Notes: generated by a model not told the origin, from the letters alone. A DNA stretch of 60,028 nt, filler included, from Globobulimina sp. (GCA_003354225.1; 12 parts of 12 records of this genome joined end to end with filler, not necessarily neighbours in it), one strand, 5' to 3'. Counted from the first letter of the whole stretch, positions 38,201 through 50,018 are shown. A program made the numbers and translations.

Positions 38201-40002
38201 TAGATGATATATTTCAGAACAGGGAAGATAGTGTGACTGCAAGTGTCAGTGTCATAAGTGAGATGGAGCAAAAATACGATGATAGCAACGACACAGAATC
38301 GATAGCAATGAGCTCGTCATCGGTACCAATTACACGCGCAGGATATGGCTATAATATTGGCAAAAAAAAGTATAAATTCAATAATAAAAAGAATTTATTC
38401 AAAAAAGGATTAAATAATGATGATGTTCGAAAATGGGAGAAATGGACATTGAAAAAGAGGATATTGTCGGAGTTTGATCATGAGAGCAAAGCGAAGTTTA
38501 TGATCGATCAAAGCGTGGAGCAATTATTGTTATCCGTATCACTCAATTACAAAAATACCAATTCCTTTGTATCCGATTATTGGAATATATTAGATTTTAT
38601 TGTCGTATTTTTCTCGCTAATTTCGCTATTTTTTAATCTGCGGTTTTGGTCCACATTACGTGCATTGCGGTTATTTCGTGTAATTATCCGACAAGATAAG
38701 ATGCGACAAATTTTCACTGCGATTCGGAAGTGTTTACCCTCAATGATCTCATTACTAATATTTATTTTTTTGTTGTATTATATATTGTCTATAATTGGTT
38801 TAAATCTATTTTATGCCACATTTGATAAATGTTCATGTAATGATATCTTAGCATCGACTATTAATACAAAGGCAGAATGCCAATCATATGGTGGTGTTGA
38901 ATGGAATATGATTGATGGAGAATGTGCATGTTACGACTCAATGTTATTAAATAAACAGCAATGTGACAATGAGAATAATCCAGCATTGGCGTGGTCAGCG
39001 CCATATTTTAGATTTGACGATATCTCATCGGCGTTGTTTTCTGTGTTTTTAATAGCGAGAGGTGCGCAATGGGACTATTTCTTGTATGAGTCATACAGCA
39101 TACATGGCGTTGGTGAGAGCACTCAAAACATCCACATCCGTGACACCGAAACTATTATTTCTGGCGGGACTTATTTTTTAGCCGTTGTATTTATTGGACA
39201 GTATTGCTTATTGTCGTTATTTATGGCCATTATCATCAGTAATTACATTAGATATTATAACGAAGAAAGCAAATTATTATTAAATTACAAACAACAGAAA
39301 TCATTGCAGCGCATATCTATATTCATCAAAATGTTCAATACCAAATATTGTAAAATATCGCCGTTTATCAACCACGATGACACTACGGATGAACTCATTT
39401 TTTTCATTCGTAATCTGTGCCATCGTATTGTGGATTCTTCATCATTTCATTACGTTGTATACTCAGTCATTATTTTAAATATATTAATTTGCTGCACTTT
39501 ACATTACACGTTCGAATATGACAGCTATTCCCCGTCATTTTCCAGCGGTGGTTTAACAGACAGACACTTTGAACTGTTGATCGATAACAGCACTATTATA
39601 TTTACTATATTTTATACAATTGAAATCATTCTAAAATTAACAGCTTACGGATTCAGATTTTTCTGGTCTTACAAATCATATCGATACTGTTGCATTATTA
39701 CATTTTTGTCGTGGATTGCTATTTTAGTTTATTTTGTATCTGAAAGTAAAAAACCTATTTTACCGATTACCACACTTATGCTGTTTAGAGCAGTTTTAAT
39801 CGTACCGTACTTAGAATCATTTTGGCAAATGTTAAAATGGAGCCATGTGCCACTGTTTTATTTGACTATCGTCGCATTTATATTATTATATATTTGTGGT
39901 ATTTTTGGTAAGTATATATTCGGCGATATTGATGAGAATGGACCAGCAGCACCCTCTAAATTCGGTGATTATATTGCTTTGTTACAATATCCATCGAATT
40001 TA
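35209..40002 (+). CDS. Four-domain (4x6TM) Cav/Nav/NALCN-superfamily cation channel, highly divergent, 3' partial
   Basis: Intronless ORF of about 1598 aa with four repeats. S2/S3 motifs: FTFEIILKILSFG, HIFDFLVIVVS, FNIFDGILII and WNILDFIVVFFS. Turret: NPHNGIFSFDNIF. Pore-loop Trp residues are present. Confidence 0.9.
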
Positions 40003-40102
40003 NNNNNNNNNNNNNNNNNNNNNNNNNNNNNNNNNNNNNNNNNNNNTTAATTAATTAANNNNNNNNNNNNNNNNNNNNNNNNNNNNNNNNNNNNNNNNNN
40101 NN

Positions 40103-41759
40103 AATAAACTGGAATTAGCACACTGACACAATTTGCAGCAGCAATCGCCACATTTCCTATCCACAGCTCATTGACACCGGTAAAGCCCGCATTTATTAGT
40201 GTCGAATTACTATAATAAAATATACTATTTATACCACTGAATTGCTGCAATATTTGCAAGCCGATTGCAATCGTAATTGCCCACAATAACATTTTATTAT
40301 TTTTCCATTTCGCTGTGCTTTCACTTGTATGTGGTACGGAAGTAATGGAACCGTAATCAGATTCTCTTGTCTTTTTCTGTTGAGATAAAATTAATTTCGT
40401 AAAATGAAGATGAATATCAACATTGCTGCATTGTCGCAGATATTGCAAGACTTTGCGTGCTTCGGTTTCATCATTTTTCGTAATTAACCATTTGGGCGAT
40501 TCTGGCAAGGTCCACAAAGTACAGATTTGCAACACCGGCAATATTATATTCAATACAAACAAAAAGGTCCATAACGTGGCTGTGCCAAATATCTGATGAT
40601 ACGCAAGTATTTCCGCCACGAGCAAACCGGCTGAGATTGTTAGCTGGGTCAAGGTCCCTATAGTCCCACGAATTAACGGCGGTGATATCTCACCCAAATA
40701 GATGGGTATTATTGCAGTGGCAATGCCTGCTCCAACACCACATAGAAAGCGACCAACGGCAAAGATTATAAACATATTCTGTGCATATCCAAACGTCAAC
40801 AGCCCTGAAATTATAAATAAAATATCAAACATAATGATGGCACATTTGCGCCCAAACTTATCGGCAATCTTACCGATGGATAGCGCCCCAATTAAGCCAC
40901 CTAAACAATAAAAAGATTGTAGGGATGAATACATGTTTTGATTTAAGTCACATTGACTGCGGATTATGCTGGAAGGCACATTCAATAACGAGGTATTGTA
41001 GCCGCTCAAAAAGGCACCGACCAAGGCCTGAAGCACTGCCATCATCAAATGAAAGGTATATCCCTCTTGCAACACGGATTCGAACTCTTTGATGGATGCT
41101 TTGTTTCTGGCACTCCGCCTGCTGTGACCGTCATGCTTCAATGCAGTGTATTCGTTGTGAGTGCTGATGCATATGGCAGTGGGTGGTATTGCCGAAGGTG
41201 CTGCAGATGGAGCAGTGGCAGATGGTGCAGATGGTACGTCTGCCGGTGAGGGTGTATCAAAAAAAGGTGAGGGTGTATTTTCTGCGATTTTATCCTGGTA
41301 TAACTTTATTTGTTGTTTTGTTTGTTGAATCCGGTTCATTTGTTGTTGTATGATTACGTTTTGTTGTTTTTGTAGTTTGGTTTGTTCGATGATTGCTTTG
41401 TCAATCATTGGTTTTAAATTGTCTGTGATGCCCATATGGCATTCCATGGGTAGATTTAGTAATAATTCTAACACAATGAATGGGTGATGATAATCAGATA
41501 AGTTCGTAGGTACTGTCATTATACGCTTTAATGAGGGTTTTAAGGTTTGTAGTTCATCCGAGATATTCAAATGTTTAATACTTTTTTCATGTAATAATTC
41601 TGCTTTGGGGGTTATAAGATCGGGGGCCGAGGATACTCGATGAAAGGATGGTGTCCGTGATACATTTGGTGTTGTTATATTGCCTGAAAGTGCATAAAAT
41701 GGCGACACCATTGTTTTTTGCTTTTGTTTACGTGGATCATATTTATCTATTGGCTGCAT
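40103..41759 (-). CDS. Sugar porter (GLUT/SLC2-like MFS) with about 235-aa N-terminal extension, 3' partial
   Basis: GAFLSGYNTSLLNVP, ADKFGRK, GRFLCGVGAG, YLGEISPPLIRG, LPESPKWL and LQQFSGINSIFYYS. Confidence 0.92.
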
Positions 41760-41833
41760 GCATTAACTCGATATATATACAGTTTTTTGAGAACTTAGTT
41801 TAAATTCAAATCTTTTATCTTTTCACTAAAGTC

Positions 41834-42727
41834 ATGGGATCATGTTATAGTTTGCGCAAAGAAACACATTTATGTACGCACTGTGCATCATCTCTTAAAC
41901 TGTACAATCATTGTTGTACACAACAATGTTTTGTGCATAAAGACGCGCAAAGACCTCAATTATTAAAATCGTTAAAAAAGTATACTACAAAACAAATTAA
42001 ACTTGACGATTTAATTAATTTAATTTTGGATTATCTGCCTGAAAATCAATATGAAATTCTCAAATTATCGCCAGCAATACACAATGGATATAATATCTAT
42101 CGTAATACGCCAGGCTTATTATGTCCTATTTGGTCCACATATTATCAGCGTAATAAATGTATTAACATCATAATATTAGGCGACAGAGGCATTGGCAAAA
42201 CATCATTAATAACCAGATTTGCTTCAGGAACATTTAGCGAAAGTTATCTTGATCCAACAGAAGATCATCGACAACATATAATTGTAAATAAGCAAAAATA
42301 CTGTCTCAGTATCTCCGATTTTGCTGGCCAAGAAATGATATATCACTCAATAACGGATGATTTATTTCGATGTGGACAAATATTTCTGTGTTGTTTTTCA
42401 ATTAATTCACAGTTATCCTACGAAAAAGCCATTAATCAACGCGAGAAAATATTGCGTTGTAAAGACGACGATAGTGATTGGGCGATTTTATTGGTTGCAC
42501 TCAAATGTGATCTCATTCATACAACTGATTCAAAAGAGAAACAGAAAACATTTGTAAACTCAAATCGAGTGATCGAAAAGGCAAAAGAATGGAGAATCGG
42601 TTATATTGAGACGAGTGCTAAGGATGATATCAATGCAAAGTTTTTATTTGAACAATCTATTTTGGAGTATTGGATACAATCACAACGGCATCAATGTTGC
42701 CATATAAGTGATATAACAGAGAAATAA
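41834..42727 (+). CDS. Ras-family small GTPase with N-terminal extension
   Basis: G1 GDRGIGKT, G2 YLDPT, G3 DFAGQE, G4 LKCD and G5 ETSAK. The N-terminus is MGSC and there is no CAAX box. Confidence 0.88.
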   Translation: MGSCYSLRKETHLCTHCASSLKLYNHCCTQQCFVHKDAQRPQLLKSLKKYTTKQIKLDDLINLILDYLPENQYEILKLSPAIHNGYNIYRNTPGLLCPIWSTYYQRNKCINIIILGDRGIGKTSLITRFASGTFSESYLDPTEDHRQHIIVNKQKYCLSISDFAGQEMIYHSITDDLFRCGQIFLCCFSINSQLSYEKAINQREKILRCKDDDSDWAILLVALKCDLIHTTDSKEKQKTFVNSNRVIEKAKEWRIGYIETSAKDDINAKFLFEQSILEYWIQSQRHQCCHISDITEK

Positions 42728-43022
42728 TTCTATTTTGTTATTGTAGAGCGACAATTAACAGCGTGATATAGTCATATAGACTGTTAATACACGCTCTAAC
42801 TATACACTAATGCACTTATAATTAGTTATAAAAGTGTTACTCAGATATTTTTAATTTTTCATCTTATTTATCTGATTGTTTTTGTGCTGTTTTCTTTACA
42901 TGTATTTTATGTTAATTATAGTATGAAAGAACAACGTAAAACAGCCTTAAACGTTGCGCGTCACGGTACCGGTTAGTAACTTCTGTTTGTATCACTGAGA
43001 AAAACAAATTTGCAGTTCCATC

Positions 43023-44357
43023 ATGGGTAATATGTGTAAATCTAAGAACAGATCTTATCCAATAAAGACTGAACCACGTGTACCAATTTTAGATGATAGT
43101 AAATCTGGGAGTGATGGTCCTGATGAAGAACTGAAAATAAATATTGATGCAATTGAATATGAAATAAATGATGATGGTTCTGTTTCATTTTACCCATCAC
43201 CTCATTTACAACAAAAAGATTTAGGAACTACGGCATTAAACAAAACGACATTTCTGAAATCACAAAAATTGAAAGATATTAAAAACAAAATTAAATGGCG
43301 CGAATTGGAGGCAGTTTATGATTTTGACGCAGAATTAGTTGTGGATAGCACCAGCAATATTTGTTCATTTGTCCTTGCTGCGTTGAGAGCTTTTAATCAG
43401 CACTTTCCATTTAAAATGTCGCCAAATCATATTTTTCTATTAATATTACAAGCCATTGCAATCAATGTAGATAAAAATGCAGAAAAACTACGAAATGAAT
43501 ATGTGACGCATGATGGCAAAATGACGTTGTCAGTAATACGCGATTCACGGTATTTCAAATTACGACAACAAAACAGAAACAATGATTGGAATTCTGTGAT
43601 TCAAGAATTTGTTCAACAAATTAACGCAAACACAGTGGCTCAAACTAGCAAGTTAATGGAAGCAGACTTTAGTGATAGTTCTATTGTTGATATTATTGCA
43701 AATAAGATCTGCGTAATGGATATTTGCAAAAACTATTTTGACTATGAATTTATTTGTGTTCCCGCCTGCGGTTTCCCCAAAATAACATTGAGCGGAACTA
43801 AAGTTGATTGGATTAAGTTGAAGCAGAAAGTCAATGCATTATTATCGCATAAAGTGGATAAGAAATGGGGCGCAAATTGGAAAACAGCATTGTTGCCATT
43901 ATTGGATCGATTTATTGAGTCATTTGATGGTAAAATTGACGGTTTATTCTGGAACAGTATGATAAAATATGGTGTAACAGAACGTGAGTTGGAAACAAGT
44001 GGTGGAGGCGCTGTGTATTGTCGTCGTGAATGGTTTTCCGGATGGTTTAATATTTTATTTCCATATATTTGTAAAGATGATGGCAGGTTTGTTGATAATG
44101 GATATTGTCAACGATTTACAACATGCAAAGATTATGCACAAAAAGTAGATTGTCCAGGACATGAAGGAAATGATATTAAAGTTTATCCTTTGGGGCTATC
44201 ATCTGCTCCATTCAAAACTGTATATATTGACGCTGAAACTAGGAAAGAATATAATTTTTCAATGAAATTTATTTCTGGTATTATTGGTTATTCACAATGT
44301 CCAAAAACATTGGAAATAGAACCTGTAACTGGATGGATGATTGCTTATCAAGATTAA
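43023..44357 (+). CDS. DUF4419-family protein
   Basis: FVLAALRAFNQHFPFKMSPNHIFLLILQ, YVTHDGK, ADFS, CGFPKITLSGTKVDWIKL, FWNSM, SGW...LFPY and PLGLSSAP. Confidence 0.85.
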   Translation: MGNMCKSKNRSYPIKTEPRVPILDDSKSGSDGPDEELKINIDAIEYEINDDGSVSFYPSPHLQQKDLGTTALNKTTFLKSQKLKDIKNKIKWRELEAVYDFDAELVVDSTSNICSFVLAALRAFNQHFPFKMSPNHIFLLILQAIAINVDKNAEKLRNEYVTHDGKMTLSVIRDSRYFKLRQQNRNNDWNSVIQEFVQQINANTVAQTSKLMEADFSDSSIVDIIANKICVMDICKNYFDYEFICVPACGFPKITLSGTKVDWIKLKQKVNALLSHKVDKKWGANWKTALLPLLDRFIESFDGKIDGLFWNSMIKYGVTERELETSGGGAVYCRREWFSGWFNILFPYICKDDGRFVDNGYCQRFTTCKDYAQKVDCPGHEGNDIKVYPLGLSSAPFKTVYIDAETRKEYNFSMKFISGIIGYSQCPKTLEIEPVTGWMIAYQD

Positions 44358-44520
44358 CAAAACGCAGTAAGCATGTTGTGTCAGTGTGTGTGACGTGTTT
44401 CATAGCAGCAAGACCTAAAGCGTCACAGTGTAACTTTGTTTTTTGATACGTCACATCATTTGGAAATATGATACGACTTTGGAAAGTTTTAATTCTAAAA
44501 AAAAAAAAGCAGAACCAAAT

Positions 44521-45011
44521 TTATTCCTTCGAATTCCATCCATGCAAAAGATGAATAAGTCAAATGATGATATCTTAACAGACATTGAAATGAAGCAATC
44601 TGAGTTATATGAAGGTGGATCTCGCCACACTAGATTGCCCACAAATTCAATGCAACAAAATGGTTACAGTCATGTGGATTCAGCAAGGCAACAACCACCA
44701 ATTAATATGAGTAAAGTGTATTGCAAAGCCATTTATCAAGTTTTACTTCATTTAATTATTCTTTATTGATGGTTGGTGTCACTTATGTGATATTTTTTGA
44801 TGCAAATAAGGCAGAAATAAGTACAAATGTCGCAAATAAGCAAAATGTTACAGTAATTACAGTTGAACCAACAACATTAAACCCATCATTAAATCCCTCA
44901 TTTTCACCAACAGTGTCTGTTACTGATCCCCCCCATCACAACACCACAACCAACAACTGATTATTCCGTTTATGAAAATGCCATTGGAGATTATAAAATA
45001 ACGGCGCGAAA
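44521..45011 (+). CDS. Hypothetical type II membrane protein with P/T/S-rich stalk, fragmentary
   Basis: Two overlapping short ORFs encode a cytosolic N-terminus, a TM segment (LLMVGVTYVIFF) and EPTTLNPSLNPSFSPT. The frames do not join cleanly. Confidence 0.35.
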
Positions 45012-46105
45012 NNNNNNNNNNNNNNNNNNNNNNNNNNNNNNNNNNNNNNNNNNNNTTAATTAATTAANNNNNNNNNNNNNNNNNNNNNNNNNNNNNNNNN
45101 NNNNNNNNNNNAAATAAGTGAAACATAAACAAACAGATTGGATAAATGAATATGCTAAAACTTGAGGGTGTATTGATAATAAATTCATATATTGTTTTTA
45201 TTGGATTTGTGACTTAGTAACTAATTGCGTCGAACATAATGTAGAATTTCTAACGCAAATACAGTACCAAAAATTAGTACAAAAATGTTTGATAATAAAT
45301 AAATGATATATTGTTTAAATTGTGGCCATAATGTAAATCAATCGATATTGAATTGCGACTGAGAAATAAGTGACACGGGTCACGGGTGATGAATTTAATT
45401 AGTTTTAATTACATAAATATGATATTAATCACTGCATCCATTCAATTGGGTAACGGATGTAAATATTGATGGACTGCGTGGTTGGTATTGTATCATTTGC
45501 CAGATACATAGTATCGTGTAAATTTTGAAATATGTTTTTTATTTTGATTTGAATTATCTGGATCTGGGCACCTTTTTTGCTGAACATAAGTGTGCATATC
45601 TGGGCACCTTTTGTAGTTGTGGCTGGCTGCATATCTGATTGCCTGGCTGTCTGACTGTCTGACGACATTATTAATCACTGTGATTTTAAATTGATAATCA
45701 TTTGTTTGTGTGTCTGTTTCCTCAATCATGCCATGTACTGCTCTCTGTAGATGTGAACAAAAGTCCTTACTTCAACAAAATCTTTTTTTAATCAGCAATT
45801 CAATGTCACCATCGAATGTGTTGAATGAATTATTGAATGGACCATATGCATTGAATAACATCTCAATTGCAAACATTATATGTCCACATAGCTCAATTAG
45901 AGCACTGTTTTAAACATGATACAGGTTTAAATCCTGTTGTGGACACTCTTGTGCTGCGGCACCATAGGTTTGTACATCTATTATGCACAACAAATATGTA
46001 TTAGACACGATCCAAATAAGACTGGCATTCATTTCATTTATTTTACAATTTTATATTGAATGGATTTGAATAGGAATTAATGGATATGATTGGGAATGAC
46101 TTGTA

Positions 46106-46320
46106 ATGAATGATAATGAATGGCATTCATACCCATTGCGCGTTGGTTAGAATTTGTGAGATGGTCTATTCATTGAATAAGCCCATATGTATACAACCAG
46201 TCAATCTTTGAATGGAACCAAATGACTTTGAATAGAATTGACTGACTGACTCAATATGAATGAATTTGAATGAAATATTGAATGACAGTCTGACTTTGAC
46301 TGACTTCTTGAATGCTTTTT
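46106..46320 (+). repeat. Left inverted repeat (visible part), built of TGAA(T)/TGAC sub-repeats
   Basis: Pairs with 49804-50018 at about 94% identity. Confidence 0.95.
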
Positions 46321-46390
46321 GAATGTTTTTTAATTAAAATAATGAAACATTTTGCAGCTAAGACAATGACAACTTAACGAAAGCGTTATT

Positions 46391-49300
46391 TCATCGGAAG
46401 TCATGATTAATCCATAATGGTTCATTTGTATAAACAATTGGTTCGAATAATTGCCAATGACCACAAATATCTGTATTTTGACAATTAATTAATGGATTTG
46501 CAATACATTGATTACATTTGCAATCTAATCGACGGCGATATATTTTTGAGAGAGATATAATATTAAACTGAAAGTATTTAGTGATATTTTTCATCGCTGC
46601 ACAAAGGTCACCGCGTTTTATATGATTGACAGCTTTGCAATCAATATCAAAATATCTACGATGTTTGACAGACAAAGCATTATACCATTCATTAATAGAA
46701 ATTAATATATTTTGCAAATATCGAATTATTGTTTGCTCATAATTTTCATTGGAAGGATCATAAACAATTTTACCATCATTTACACCCTCACAAACTGCTG
46801 TTTTTATGTAACTACCGCATCCATCACATTTTGATTTGCCGTGCTCAGGACATGTAAATGTCCATATCAATGTATCTAAACCTAAACGTTTTTTTATTAT
46901 TGCTAAACCAACAAGAAATCCAATACAATTACATTCCCCGCGATCAGAATATCCATAGAAAGATGTAAGTTTATGATGAAGTACATCATCAAAATATATC
47001 TGCATATTTTTAATGTGCTGTTCTATAAAATAAAGAGTTGCGGGCCAGTCATGCTTTGGGTCAGATGAAAAATACGAGTATGCAGACTCAGCAGTAATTG
47101 GTTTGGATATATAATCTTTCTGGTCATCATTTTGTATGTATTCATCCATCAAATATCTGTTTATTGTACAAAGTAACGCAATTCCATCACGGTTTGACCA
47201 ATCCCCAGCTGTTCGTTTCTGTGATTGAGGTTTGATATTATTAATCCAATCAATATGACAATAAAGTGATCCTCGAGGTATATTTAATTGTGATTTATCA
47301 ACGAAGTCTCTTCGTGTACGGAAATTATTAATGTATGTAATATGATGCAGACAAAATTGACTATATTGTTTGATATATTTTTGAATGAAATCTGGCCATT
47401 TAAGACAATATGGTTTATTGCCAGTATCATGATTTTTTGAGTTTGGATTGTCATATTTCCCATACAGTGTGAAATGAATATCAATGTTTGATGGAACTCT
47501 CAGCAATGGACATAATTCTCCGCTAAATATTCGCTGCAAATACTTAGCTCCGCAATCAGGTTTATTACAATTGGCATTGATACAAGCAAAGTTTGGATAT
47601 AATGGATGATTATTTTGGCAACAAATGCGTTTGATAAACTTAGTGAGCGACAAACTAAATATGCCGTTGCTTATTGGACAGTTTACACAGTTTGAACAAC
47701 AACAAACTGAATCATTATTATGTTGTGGATAATTTGGACATTTATCAGTTCCACAGAAATGATATTTTTTGGACTTAATGTGAGTCAATAAAACTTTATG
47801 GATCATTTCCCAATTGCCATGTTTGGAACAGTGGCTGAAGTCTTTGTCATTATGTTTATAAATAAAACATGGTCGCCTGTTAAAAAACCATTGTTTGCAA
47901 GGAATGTCTTTGTTATGTGTCTGGCAGATTGTTTTTGTTGTTTTATGATGTTTCCAATCTTCATACACAGAGTCAAACGTTGTATAGCATATATGTTTTG
48001 GCTGTTTGTATTTTATTTTTTCAGCATTTTTCAATGTTCTTGTTTGACTAGGATTTGGATTTGGATGCGTGGAGTCTAACCAAAAAGACTCAGCCTGCTT
48101 ATATAAAGATGGAGGATAAAATGATTTAGTTGCTGTTTCAGTGGAAAATAGCAAATTATGAGGGTCACAGTTAAATGCTGTTTTGTATTTTTTAATTTTA
48201 AAATGTGAATTTGATTTAAAAGTTTTGGTGCATACATTATTCACAATGGTTTTATTTAAAATTTTATCAGAGACAGTTAACTTGGTGATGGCTGATAATA
48301 ATATTTGTTTTTGTATCATATGATTATGTGTGGTGAGAGATCTGATACTGTTTAAAACATTGGATATTTCATCTACAGTCTCAATCTGTTCACCCAGTGG
48401 ATATTGAGTCAAAGTTTTTGGTAAATACTGGTTGTTTGAAACAATGTTCAATATTTGTCTAATATTTTCTTCAGAACTTTGATATAATAAAATATTCGCA
48501 ATCTTGTTTGCTTTTTGTTGTTGCACTTCAGGGGAATCAATTTTCCTGAATTCAGGTGGTTTATATTCATCATCATCAAACGCTTTCCTCTGATATGTTT
48601 TGTAAAAGCGATTTTTAATGTCTGTATCTGTCAATTGACAATTTGAGGTCCGAATAAATGCTTCACATTTACTGTATATTTTCTTTTTTAAATATTTATT
48701 TTTATTCTCAAAAATGAATTGATACATTCTCTCTTCAAACCAATCATCTGCTGAATATGTAGATTGGTGATAGTTACCATGGTAGTCCTCACAACTAACA
48801 ATGTATATATTTAGTCATGTAATAAATTATAACGACAAACAAACAAACTAAACTACTCACCACCACTCAAGTTTTGTTTTGGTTTTTTATTTGGGGGTGG
48901 TAAAGTTTGCAACTTCGCCTCATCCGATGTTCTTTTTTTCTTATTTTTCTTTTCCTCTTTCTTCTTTTCAATATCAGCAATGATATCTTTTCTTGTGATG
49001 TCCCAAATCTTACTCACAACATCATCAATATCTACAATTCCTACACCTTTTAATTCCTCAATGCTCCGTATTCCATTTGATATTTTTCCACCAATAAATA
49101 CACTGCCCGATATTTGGAAATATGTCTGACTTTTCATACTAAATAAATTATTTTGTTCCAATACATTATATACATCCAATAATTTCTTCTTTAAATACTT
49201 GTTTTTCGCTGCAAATTTTATAGTTGTCCTATTGGTTCCGCCTTGTTCCAATACTGCTTTTAAAATAACCTTAAAACATATACATTTAACTCAGTCAGAT

Positions 49301-49585
49301 CTGTCTGATTCACAAAAAAAAACGTTTCTAACAAACCTGAAATTCATACTCAGTCAGATTTGCACTTTCAATGGTTTTGTCATACACTTTTGGGGGGATT
49401 TCTATTTCCTTTTGTTTTATTGGTGTTATTGGTTTGGTGGACGTTGTTGGTGTGGGAATAAGTGGCGCAGTTATTGCTTTTGTTGCGGGTGGTACAGATG
49501 TTGTAGACGTTGTATGTGATATCATAGTTTGTTGTTGTTGCTGTATATGTTGTTGCTGTATATGTTGTTGTTGAACTAAACACAT
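46391..49585 (-). CDS. Sola2-like DDD transposase, spliced, about 1000 aa
   Basis: Exons about 49585-49337, 49269-48861 and 48750-46391 join in frame via introns 49270-49336 and 48751-48860. Motifs: HCSKHGN, HIDWINN..QSQ....W, SSDPKHD, YSDRG, WTFTCPEHGKSKCDGCGSYIK, and C-terminal RRLDCKCNQC. The true start may be the ATG at 49755, which is in a different frame. Confidence 0.8.
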
Positions 49586-49803
49586 TTTGAAGCCGTTTGA
49601 GAAACCATCGTCATATCCACGTTGATATTGTGCGATGCTGATGTTATTGTATTTGTTGGTATATTTAATGGTGGTGGTATGGTGAAAGTGAATGGTTGAT
49701 TGTTGTTGTTATTATTAGTGTTGCTAGTGACTTGTTTAAAATTGTGTGTCGCCATATTGTCGCAAGTTGCGACTTGGTAAAAACAGCACTAACTTTCATC
49801 TAA

Positions 49804-50018
49804 AAAAACCATTCAAGAAGTCATTCAAAGTCAGACTGCGAATCAATATTTCATTCAAATTCATTCATATTGAGTCAGTCAGTCAATTCTATTCAAAGCC
49901 ATTTGTTTTCATTCAAAGATTGAATGGTTGTATACATATGGGCTTATTCAATGAATAGAGCATCCCATAAATTCTAACCAACGCGCAATGGGTATGAATG
50001 GCATTCATTATCATTCAT
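49804..50018 (-). repeat. Right inverted repeat (truncated by contig end)
   Basis: Reverse complement of 46106-46320. Confidence 0.95.

Larger units (their letters stand above)
46106..50018 (-). mobile_element. Sola2-like DNA transposon with long inverted repeats (outer ends not resolved)
   Basis: 46106-46320 is the reverse complement of 49804-50018 (215 bp, 13 mismatches, no indels), and the two arms enclose a DDD transposase gene. The right repeat runs into the contig end. Confidence 0.85.

Noticed and set aside
42754-42788. Small hairpin ATTAACAG...CTGTTAAT after the Ras-like gene
   Set aside because: An 8-bp AT-rich stem is expected by chance, and bacterial-type terminators are not relevant to this eukaryotic DNA.
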